This document shows positions 52,601 through 64,000 of a stretch of 64,000 nucleotides of DNA, piece by piece. Positions within the stretch are counted from its first letter, which is position 1. Each line of letters starts with the position of its first letter. The position numbers and the translations under genes are program-made. The stretch is from positions 10,416,001 through 10,480,000 of the forward strand of contig OZ193909.1 in NCBI GenBank assembly GCA_964276515.1. Direction: 5' to 3'. The notes beneath the pieces were generated by a model, which saw only the letters and a program-made list of their open reading frames with translations, made no database searches and had not been told where the DNA came from. The stretch comes from Gordius albopunctatus (Eukaryota).

Positions 52601-55600
52601 CAAAGATTTTTATCTTGCAATTAACTTTCCCTATATTGCATTTTAAGCGATAATAGCTTTAATCATTAAATATTAGGTTAAACCAATTTAAAGCTCAACC
52701 ATTGATATTAAAATTTAAGTAACCGTTTTGCCAAAAAAACGATAACGCGACCACTATACTGTTGGGTAAACAAGATGAGTGACATTTGAAACTAGATACA
52801 ACAAGGCTTAGGCTTCGGATAAAATTTTTTTTATAAACTCCTAAACCCATCAATGAAATGAATAAAATATATATGTTTTGCAATTAAACTCAGGTCGAAG
52901 AAACGATCCAAATTCAAAACAAGATACAACAAGACTTAACGGCTTTGGAAACTTGCCCTTACACGCACGGAAGTTTCGCTGAAAAGATAACCTCGATTCA
53001 AGCGGCCGTGGATAACTTATCCCTTAAGCAGTTTGCCAATTTACCTTGTTGGATATCCTGGCTCGATAAGGAAATTGAAAGCAGACTTGCTCACAGGCTA
53101 CAAGAAGGCGTTAAGGCGTGGGTTGCCCGGCTAGAGGCCGAAACCAGGGCCTCTGAGACGGCCAACGGCGATCAAACTACTGGGCTGGGAAAAGGTGATT
53201 TTTTATATAAAATTGTTTACATTTTCTTTGAAATTAATTTGTTTTTATTCTAAATTAAACTTAATTAGACGCGAAAGCAGGCAAATCAATCATGAGAATT
53301 AAACATGGATTTTACCATATATTGTTTGTCCAGCGATAATACTTTTATCAATATAAAACAGGGAATGATGAATTTTTATATGACTGTAAGCAGTCTTTAA
53401 AGATAATTCAATTCTTTAAAGTGTAAGAAAGGTGAAATAACTTAAAAAGATATTTTTTTTATTTCTCCAAATTTTATGGGCTATATGCAATGAAGGGGTA
53501 AATGATGCGTAGATATCGATTCATGTAAAAATCAACCTTTTTTAGGCATTTAACGAGACTATTGAACTTCTTCATATGATTAGAAGGTTAAATTTAAGTT
53601 TTTTATTGCCGAATCGAGGTTTAAATTTATAACTACAGCCCGTTATAAACATTGTTAATAAAAATATGTGGCAATGTCGGAAAAAGCTGACACTTTTAAT
53701 AAAACCACCTCTAATTATTCGCATATGTTTTAAAAGGGTTAGTTGCGTTTCAAATTGCGTGCACTGACAAAACTACGCTCATTCATTTTTAAATGTTTAG
53801 TAAATAGCTTTATGTTTATCCATTTTCACTGTGAGTTACAGGGTACGAGAAGTTAATTTAGTCACAACGATTGTAATAGCGATTCCTTATATAAAATCCT
53901 CTCTACAAATTAAATGCAGAAAATGTTATTTTAATTTATTTTATTGTCAATATTTGATAATTATTAAGTATTTATTTAATCTCATAAATACCATTAATCT
54001 TGTTAAATAATTAAAAATTTTAATATTTCCTTTTTTTGCGATCGTTTCTACAAAAGCTTCTCAAAATACGATGCGTTCTCATTTGGGAAGCGAGGAAATG
54101 GATGATATTATATCGGGTGCTAGGCGGGCCGAGCGCGACACCCCAGAACTTACAAAGACACCTTTGGCAACGATCAAACTTGGAGGCGACCCAAAAATAA
54201 TCGTATGGCCAAAATAACTTTGAAATAAACTCCTTCTTTATTTAGAAAAATGATAGGGATTTTTTAAAACTTTTAAATCAATATCTCTTCCCATACAATT
54301 CAGTGATCATAATATGTGGCGACTAAGGCAGAGATAGAACAAATTATTTAAAGTTGAGATTTGACGACATTTAATACGTCATTATTATTTAAATTTGTTG
54401 GTATTGATTGTGTCATATGATTTTTTGTTTAAATTTTATACCTATACATTTATTTGCTAAAACCAATTAAGCATTTATTGGTATCGTTCGCTAGACGATT
54501 TTTTATATTTCCCTGCATAAATGGCATATAACTCTAATATTGATTTCAACTAAATGGTTATATGATGAAATAAAAAATATTTTTCTCATTTTAAGCTTAA
54601 ATATATAATGGAGGTGCACGTGAAGGCTTAGGACAGACGTTTATAAAAAATTTTTGACTAGTTATAAAGTTCTCCTCTACTTAAACCTTGATTTTAAATA
54701 TTCTCGAAAAATACTGATATTGAAAGTTTTTCAACATTTATTAAAAAAATAGTTGCAAATTCTATATATAATGTAGCCGTTGGTACACGAATTTCGAATC
54801 TCCAATCAAGTTATATACTTGAACCCACCTTTTGAAGAAGCCAGGGAAAAATTGTTGGCTCAGTTTTTTTCATGGATGGCTGTCATTCTCTCTTTGCCTC
54901 GGGTCCGTAGCAGCAGGTCCTTAATATTTTACAAAATACATTTTTACGTCTATTCGCTCATATAATAAATTAATATATTTTTTCTTTGCAATTCGCATCT
55001 TAAATTAAAATTATAATATAAATACAGTGTGTCTTTGTACATAACAATCTAATGTTGTCTAAGTTTTTGTGAGTTTCATTTAATATTTTGGATACTTCTC
55101 CTTGAGCTCAATCCCTTGTAACCACTATATAATAGAAGCAATTCTCTGTGGCTCCTATCATAGATAAGACCTGATTTTATTTGCTGACATAGACGTTTAT
55201 GTATATCGTAATATAGGTATACCTACAAATTATTTAATTAAACTTTTAGATGCCTTTTTCAGCGACCGCATTTAGTATTTTTAGCCTTAAATTTTGCTTT
55301 GGGATAGAAACCTACCCCATTGAAAAATTTACGTAGCACATCTCCTAAAACGGCACTTGATAATTTTTAAATGGAATATTTTTGTAAATTATAATTTTTA
55401 ATATTGCTTTTTTAGATATAGTTACGAACGCTTATCCACCGATTTGTTGAGGTTGGCTTCTGACAACAGCTACCAAGACCTTTTATCCAACCTGGCAGAG
55501 GGCCCATCTATTTTGGAAACAGCTTACAAAATGCAAAATAGAGTCATTTCCGAGGCACAAGAATACGTGACGCGTTGGTTCAACTATCAAAGTTTGTGGG

Positions 55601-58600
55601 ATTTGCAACCCGACATGGTTTATTCTAAGCTCGGGGATGATCTCAGCAAGTGGATCGATTGCCTGATCGATATAAGGTATATTCATACATTCGCTTTATA
55701 CCTAGAGCCCTGAAAAAGACATGGCCTGAGTCCGAAATCTTTTTTTTACTTTTGGCCTGGGCCCAACATTTTTTTGTCAAATTTTTGGGCAAACAAGTTT
55801 AGAATAATAAATTTTCACTGGCTTAAAATAAATAACCTTGTGGATTATTGACTTATTTTAATTTTTGGAATTCCAATAGCTATTATGTATAATATATAAA
55901 TATTAGAAATATAAGAGCAAATGAACCATTTTGATCAAAAAATGATTTTAGAAAGCGACTTTTGAGTTAAAAGTTAGATTGTGTAAACTGTACGAAGATA
56001 TATGTTTTGTATAGGACCGGATTTATTTTAAACATAATTAATAAAGTTAATTGGCTTGGATTTACTTCGGACTATGCTCGGCCTCTGATCGGGCAAGCCT
56101 AACCCGAGCCAAAGGCCCAATAATTTTATTGAGTTTTGCCCGAGCGCTATTTGTTTGTTAATTTATTTGCTGGGATTAGACGTACACGAGCAACCTTTGA
56201 CACAAGCGACACTTGTAAAAGGTTCGGTCCTATTCAAATTGAGTTTGGAAAGGTGCAGTCGAAAGTGACTCTTAAATACGACTCGTGGCATAAGGAAGTG
56301 CTTGGAAAGTTTGGACAGCTGATCGGTAACGAAATGCAATCATACCACGGAACTATCAGCAAGGTAATGGGGAATTTTGGTATATTTTCTAAAATATTCA
56401 AACTATAAAACGGAAATTATCGGTGCTTAGCTTAAATCCTGCAGCTTAAACATTAATTTAGAAAGGGGTCTCAAATTTTAAACTTACTAGAGATGTCGGA
56501 AACATTTACATTTTGTAACTTTGCCTAACTTATACGTTTAATAATCTCATGTATGAAAGAAACTTCGAATCAAAAATTAAGGTAAACTCTTTCAAAACTA
56601 GGCTCGAGGCGAATTGGAGATCAAAAATTTAGATTCTGCATCGACGTCCGAGGCTGTTACCTTCATAACTTACGTGCAATCATTGAAAGCGAATCATCGG
56701 AATTGGAAGAAGCAAGTTGAAGTTTTTAAGGAAGGGCAAATAGTGTTGGAAAAGCACCGGTATCAATTTCCCAACACTTGGATGTACATAGAGAACGTCG
56801 AGGCCGAATGGAATGCTTTCAACGAAATTATGGAACGCAAGGCAACCTCCATACAAAATCAAGTGATAAGTCACGGATTAAGTCATTGCGGGTTTTATTT
56901 TTCCCAAATTCAGTATTTCAATATTTTCATTGGGTTTAAGCTTAATTAGCCTTTACTTTATTATCTTAAAAACTTCATCATCTGAGTTATATTTTTTTAC
57001 CGGTGCAAAAATTTGTCAAGATTCTAGAAACTTTGTTTCTATGCTTACTCTAAATAATGGTTAAAACTAAGTCTATAAAAAATTAATATTAAAGATATAA
57101 TAAATAAACGGAATTGGAGATATTTTAGGGTGGACCACATTTTGCTTTATTGCTACGTTATTTTTGTATGTAATATTGTTCTAAGTTGTTACTCAAATTA
57201 TTATCAAAAATTTCTGATTTCCTTGAAATTGCCCTTTTATGTTTTCACTTTTTATACTTGATTTTTTGGTCCTTTTTATATTAAATTCATATTATTAACT
57301 TAGGTGTAATAATTACAATATGTAATTTAAAATTTTATTCATCCAGGTAACGCATTTGCAGGGAAAAATATTGGCCGAAGATACCGTAGTAGAAAATAAA
57401 TCCACAGAGTTGACCAACGAATGGGAAACATGTAAACCTGTGGAAGGATCCCTGGCACCCGACACTGCCCTGAAAACGCTGAATCATATGGAGGCGAAGT
57501 TTCACATGTTGCTTGAGGAGAAAAAGAATATCGCTAAAGCTAAAGAAGCCCTAGGCCTCTCCGATACTGGTAATCAATTTTTAAAACACGTGTAATTTAA
57601 CAGCTACTAAAAAGTTATGTTTTTAAAACCCCGTAATAGCTTGAGCTATCGAGTAACTTTAAATGAGGCTTACGCTTTAGTCAAAATGAAATGGATCTAT
57701 TTGTAATTTTGATGAGCTATCAATTTTTGAAAACTAAATAGATATAATATATGACCTAAAAAGATGCATTAAACACCCCTTTGCTATTGGAATTCTATCG
57801 ATGAAATTAGTATGGGAATATGATTTTATTCATTAATCCTTTCAAATTTTATTAGAATGTTTGCAAACGCGTCTTACTTGACCAGGGTTAGTCCCGATCT
57901 ATTTTAGACACAAATCTACGTATCTCTTTTTATTTGCAAAATCTAAGATCCAATTATAGGATATTTTTTTTCTCCTTAGTTAGAAAGAAGACTTAAATCA
58001 CATGTCTGTTTGCTTGACTAAACGATTTATGAAGGAACGGGAGTCGAGTGTTTAAATGTTTAATCTAAATATTGAGTTGCGAAATTGACCGTGTCGCGGT
58101 CGTTACCCGACATGGCTAGAAATGTCTAGTTCGAATCATAGATTAATAATACAACTTGATGGCGAACAGTTGATTTTTGCATTTAAATTAATCATATCGT
58201 AGGTCGCCATTTTTGTATAAATATTCTCTTTATGCGCACTTGTGCATTGAAAAATTGCATAATTACGTAAGTCTAACATTTAATTATTCAACAAAATGTG
58301 CCTCAAACATAACGGCCTACACCCTTACTTAATTATCATCTATTCGCGAGGCTATTGTATTATTTGTTTATGCTTTTACATTTTATTAAGTCTAATGGGG
58401 TTTTGTTTTTAAATTTAGGAGCAATTAAGGATTTTGTGAGACAATCATATTGGTAAAATTTTAAGTGTAATATTTATCAAAAAAAGGTATGGAGTGAGGT
58501 CCCCGATTTAGATTTGAGCAATAAAGTTAAATCTTGATCAACGATTATGACCATTTTGATAAAATTAATTGTTGTACACATTTTTGCCCTTCTCGCCGCA

Positions 58601-61600
58601 GATATTTTGGCACCTAGTGGAAAAGATAGAACCCAATTATCGTTGGAAGAATTGCAAGATTTGAAGGGAGTTTGGTTAGAAATATCAAAAGTTTGGGAAG
58701 AGATAGAAACGTTGAAGGACACTCCTTGGGCTTCGGTTCAACCTCGAAAAGTATGAATAAATGCTATTTCGTTTTTATTATCTACCCCTTAAAAATCACA
58801 AATCGTTTTTAATGAGCACAGTATAAACTTCTGTTGTTGGGAAAGAGCAGAAGCAGATTTGTTTCTCAAATCATTGTTTTGACTTTGGGTGATTAATTTG
58901 AAAAATATGTTTTTAAATATCTTATTTTTAGTAAAATTTACAAATAAATGTTTGACCAGTTATGAGGTTTATTATGTCTGTAGCTAATTTATGGAAAAAA
59001 TATAGATGAATCAATTTAGCAAACTATAACTAGCAATTTTAGTATTCTAACCAAACAAGGACAAAACCAAGAAGTTATTTCATGGTTTGGATAATCCCAA
59101 TAAACAGCTTTAAAATATAAATAATAATTCTAGAGTTTGCTAGCCTAGATTGTGGCTTTTTTAATCTGTTTTGGTCAATTCATTACAACAATACTCAATA
59201 ATTTTATAAGGGAAATGCTATTTGTTTAACACAATTAATAAAAAACTCCAAATAAATCTCAGGTCCGTCAAAGCTTGGATACCCTCTTAGCAACTCTAAA
59301 ATCTTTGCCTATCCACTTGCGGCAATACGCGGCTTATGAACACGTTAAAAAACTCATTCAAGGCTACACCCGTTCCAACGTTCTCATCATAGAACTTAAA
59401 TCGGATGCTATAAAGGATCGACATTGGAAACAATTAGCCCGAAAGTTAAATCGACTTAATCAACAGGGCGGCGGCGCTAGCAAATCTTTTAGCTCTACAG
59501 GGACAGGCGGACCACTAGATTTTTTGCCCTTGACCGGTTCATTGAATCTCGTCAATTTTACTGCAGATCTAACTTTGGGTAAAGTTTGGGGCTTAGACTT
59601 GGTTAAGCACGAAAAAGATATCAGGGAAGTTATAATGGTGGCACAAGGCGAGATGGCGCTCGAACAATTTTTAATACAAGTATATACTGCATCTAATGTA
59701 TGATGAAATTATGTTTGTTTACATTACATTGGACGCTTGTTCGTCGTCCGACTTTCTTTGGGCTGAATGTTTGGTGATCTACATTTTATATTATCTATTT
59801 TATATTATCTATTTTATATATGCAAACTAGTTCGTTAATTTGACTTAGTAACTTAGAATACTAAACTGGTGGCCAAATTTAGTTTTTGTCATCTCTTTAT
59901 TCTAGTTGAGAGAAACTTGGCAAAATTATGAATTGGATTTGGTTAATTATCAAAACAAATGCCGGCTCATCCGGGGTTGGGACGATCTATTCAACAAACT
60001 CAAGGAACACATCAACAGCCTTGCAGCCATGAAATTGTCCCCTTACTTCAAGGTTGTTTCAGATCATATCTTTAATACTAAAAATTATGACACATTGAAT
60101 TTTATAATGAAAAAACGGAAAATAACATTAAGAATTTATTAAAGCTTCTAATTTTTAACTGCATTCAAAGCTGGCTCGGTGTAATTTAACAATTAATTCT
60201 CTTATAATCTAAGAAATGTCACAGTTGGCTAATTTATAATCAATTTTATTTGGTGTGAGTCGGTGGTTTGTGTAGCAACTCTCCCTCTCCTCACTTCCCC
60301 CTACTCTTATTGCAATTACATAAATGCCAACAATTTTAACTATCAATATAGGATTAGGCAGGGGTCAAAATTAATTAAAAAGATTAATTTTACGCCCACC
60401 CTTTTAATAAAAATTAATCATTAATTACTATTTTGATATGTATAATTTCCTTTGGATATGGGAAGAGAGGGAGACTAATAAAGTGATGTTCAATTTCAAT
60501 AATTAAAAACTAATTGAGACATAACAATATTTTTTAACATAAGTTTGTTTTACTACTGGTATACAAAAAATTACATACACGACTAAAAAAAAATATAAAA
60601 ACACGCGATTAAATGTTTTCTTTTATTTTGATTGATTTGTTTTCTTAATATAAATATTCACAAAAGGGTAAAAACACATATTCACAAAACCTTGAACCCA
60701 CTATTTTTAAAAACATGAAATATAGTGAAAAAAGAAAAGGGCTTTAAAAAGTTGTTAACCGTTTCCCGTTTGATTGTTGTTTTTTAAATATTTCTTATAA
60801 GGGTTGAATCTTGTCAAATTGATATATTTTTATTTTGTAACTTAATTAAAATTCCAGTTCTACATTTAAAGAGAATTTTCTTATTAATCGAAGGAGTTTG
60901 AAGAAGATGCCCTCTCATGGGAAGACAAATTAAACCGTGCCAATGCTTTGTTCGATATTTGGATCGACGTTCAAAGGCGATGGGTCTATTTAGAAGCCAT
61001 ATTTACTGGGAGTGGAGATATCAAACATTTGCTCCCCACCGAAACTTCACGGTTTCAAAGGTAAAAATATCAATTGTTGCGTCCTTAAGAGATTTTTTCT
61101 TATTGAAATTATATTTAAAATGAATATTATTATTTTGAATGAGGAAATAACATTTAAGAAGAAAATTACCATAAAATTTCTATCTTTCACATGAGTCTAA
61201 TATAATATTTATTTGTTGAATATTTAAATCTTAAATATAAATAGGCACATTTCAAGGAGAACGAACTCAATTTTGAAATCTTTACTCAAAACAAACTAAT
61301 TTTTAAGTAACTTATTTATTTGTAACATTTCGTTTTAATTACACCTCCTTGCATGTATACCTATTAGATTTAGATCGCTTTCCTCACTATTTTTTGTATA
61401 ATTTTGAATTAACTTTGAAATGGGTGTCCTTATAATTCTTTTTATTTATTTAGTTATAATAATTTTTTTAGTTATTTAGTACCACAAACATGGAAGTTAT
61501 TTTTAGGTTGTGAGTTTTTTAAATTACCTAATAAATTAAGTTTTTTCTTGCCATTAAAAGCATATATTTTTACCCCGAAATATACAGCATTAGTTCGGAA

Positions 61601-63646
61601 TTTTTAAATCTCCTGAAACGAGTCTCGAAATCACCGCTCGTAATCGATGTTTTAAACATACCCGGGGTTCAAAGGTCTCTTGAGAGGTTGTCCGATTTTT
61701 TGACCAAGATTCAAAAGGCTCTTGGCGAATATTTAGAGCGAAAGAGATCTTCTTTCCCACGGTACGATGCTATTTTTTAAAATGATTTAGATAATTTTTT
61801 AATTCATACATTAAAATTTAACGATCTTTATTTATCATGAGAGGCTTAGTTTTGAAGATGTAAACAAAAGGCTGTTATAACTTTATTTATTTTTAAGTTT
61901 ATCTAAAGTAAATAATGTCGATTTGTTTTTATCATGCCTTTAAGTCAATAATTTTGATTAAAGTGTTATTTTTGAAACATAAAATTGTTTTTTCAAACAA
62001 AAATAGATTTTACTTTATTGGAGATGAAGATTTGTTGGAGATCATAGGAAACAGCCGTAGTTTGCCCAAACTCCAAAAACATTTCAAGAAAATGTTTGCG
62101 GGTGTAGCCTCTCTACTCTACGAGACCATAGACCCGGCTGCGGAAGAGCACACACAGTCTGAAGATGACGGCGGTCCTTCCTCCGAAAAATGCATCGTCA
62201 AAATAACGGGTCTTTGCTCTAAGGAAGGCGAAAACGTTGAATTTCAAACGCCAGTAGCGCTAGATCAAAATTTGGCTGGTAAAGTTAACGAATGGCTCGC
62301 TTTGGTAGAGAGAGAAATGCGTCAAACCTTGTCTTACTTATTATCCCAATCTGTTGGTCAATCAAAGGAGCAAGGCCTCTTTTTCGATAACCAGACTGCC
62401 AACTTCCAACCATCTCTCTTCATTGAATGGATCGATAAATACCAAGTGAAGGGTGTTATTTTACACAAAAATAAGAAGCATACAAATTAAATCTAGTTTT
62501 AAAAATCAAAAATTATTTTAATATATTACTATGACGTATGGAAAAAATTGAATTATTTTGAGGATCTTGACATTTAAAAAATCTAAATAAGAGATTGGTG
62601 ATAGTTAAAATTCAAAAGTTGCCACGTACAAATAATCTATGTATTAGTTTCTTCTGTGTAAAAAATACTAAAATTGTTATAGAGGTAATTTACTATACAT
62701 AATCTATACAATTTATGGGTTATATATATAGATATATTTATTTAATTTTGTTTTATAATATATATAACTTTTACTTTAAAAAAGGCACAAATTATCGTAT
62801 TAACCTTGCAAGTTGCCTGGACGGATGCTGTTGAAACTGTCTTTGCCCTGTCTAATACATCCAAAGTTTCCAAAAACAAAAATTTAGCCACCCAAGTTAC
62901 TTCTTTGGGTGATATCCTAAATGTTATAGAACGAACATTAGCTCTTTTAGCCGATTGCGTGCTCCAGGATCAACCAAATCTCAGAAGAAAAAAGATGGAA
63001 CAATTAGTATATTGAACTTTTAATTTCTAGTAACAATAACTAACATTAATAGTAAACATTTTATTATCAAACATTCCATCTACTATTGAGTAAAACTTTA
63101 TAAACAATGAATTATAAAGGTTATATTATATATTTAATTGCTGTAGATTACTAGCTATTTTTCGTTATTATTCCCATTCAAGTTGTACGTTTGAATTAAA
63201 TTTTGAAGCTTATTTCAATGATAAAATTAAAAACCATGTGCTATGGTATTGAGCCAAAAAATGATATAACTTAGTAACCTTGATTGTTGATTAGAATTTT
63301 AATTATTTGTTTATAAACATTTATTATTAATCATTTATATGCTAATATTAGATCACCGAATTGGTTCATCAAAGAGACGTTACACGAGAATTGATTGGCA
63401 AATCCATAGCCAGTTCCGATTCCTTCGACTGGCTAGCGCAAATACGTTTTTACTTTAACCAACAGCAACCGCTCGAACAAAGCTCAACTGCCGAAACATT
63501 GACCGTTAAAATAGCGAACGCTCGTTTTAGTTACGGTTGGGAATACTTGGGTGTCCAAGATAAACTTGTGCAAACACCCCTCACCGATCGATGCTATCTA
63601 GCCATGACTCAAGCACTAGAAGCACGACTAGGGGGCTCACCCTTTG
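43682..63646 (+). CDS. DYNC1H1: Cytoplasmic dynein 1 heavy chain, exons 1-28 (~2069 codons, tail and linker up to the AAA1 P-loop; continues beyond the window)
   Basis: Exons: 43682-43964, 44079-44199, 44445-44618, 45379-45637, 46704-46890, 47013-47287, 47809-47975, 48211-48474, 49239-49455, 50138-50334, 50868-51114, 51637-51843, 52282-52365, 52894-53194, 54057-54202, 54777-54916, 55416-55676, 56180-56363, 56602-56862, 57347-57569, 58602-58750, 59263-59679, 59906-60052, 60894-61060, 61588-61761, 62007-62445, 62785-63006, 63352-63646. All introns are GT-AG with consistent phases. Motifs include [42 protein letters not shown] and [11 protein letters not shown]...RLGGSPFG. Confidence 0.97.
45692..45989. 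mobile_element. TIR MITE in dynein intron 4
   Basis: TAGGGCTTGTCTTAATATCGGATT ... AATCCGATATTAAGACAAGTCCTTA; the same end also occurs at ~38827. Confidence 0.75.
48665..48808. mobile_element. hAT MITE in dynein intron 8
   Basis: TAGTGTTGTAAAAACGG...TTTTTGCAACACTA; 8-bp TSD CAATTCAT/CAATCCAT. Confidence 0.8.
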
Positions 63647-64000
63647 GTATGGCTATAAAAAATTAATTTATACCTATTTCCACATGCTATCCCTCTTAAA
63701 TTGATTCCAACAGCATTTTTTTAGTGAAGCCACGAAATTTATTAGATATTGATTGCCACTTGGTTAGCCTTTTGAGGAAAAAATCCATTGATTTTATATT
63801 AAGTATAGAGAGGTCGTCTTTGAAAAAGGACATTTAATAGTAAAATTTTTTAGGTCGAACATAACATATTTTATCTATCTACTTCACTCTTTTATTTGAA
63901 AATAATTGTTTAGTGAATATTATTTAAGACAATTATTTTAAACACTTTATTTTAACTGAATTATATTAAAATAATAATAGTATTTGAACTCTACATTATA

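Noticed and set aside
54917..54925. GTCCTTAAT donor as a possible U12 intron
   Set aside because: It lacks the RTATCCTT consensus, and I saw no CCTTAAC branch site before the 55415 acceptor.

Overview
AT-rich, intron-containing animal (invertebrate-like) genomic DNA; the species cannot be determined from the window. There are three host genes: ATP synthase subunit s/factor B (DMAC2L/ATP5S, minus strand, 2 exons), a FoxN1/4-type forkhead gene (plus strand, three 35-40 nt introns), and the first 28 exons of cytoplasmic dynein 1 heavy chain (plus strand, runs off the window). The rest is dense, mostly decayed mobile DNA: a Ty3/Gypsy element with its 3' LTR, four RTE LINE copies or fragments, a CRE-like element, an inverted pair of hAT transposase copies, Helitron and HINE/DINE-1-like pieces, a probable solo LTR and many MITEs. 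Main observations: (1) a twister-ribozyme core lies exactly at the TSD-defined 5' end of an RTE insertion; (2) dynein splice signals are unusually degenerate; (3) HINE-type termini bracket the intact ATP5S gene; (4) a 103-bp hairpin cassette with a 12-bp TSD sits inside the RTE ORF. All coordinates were read by eye, and homology calls rest on recognised motifs rather than database searches.
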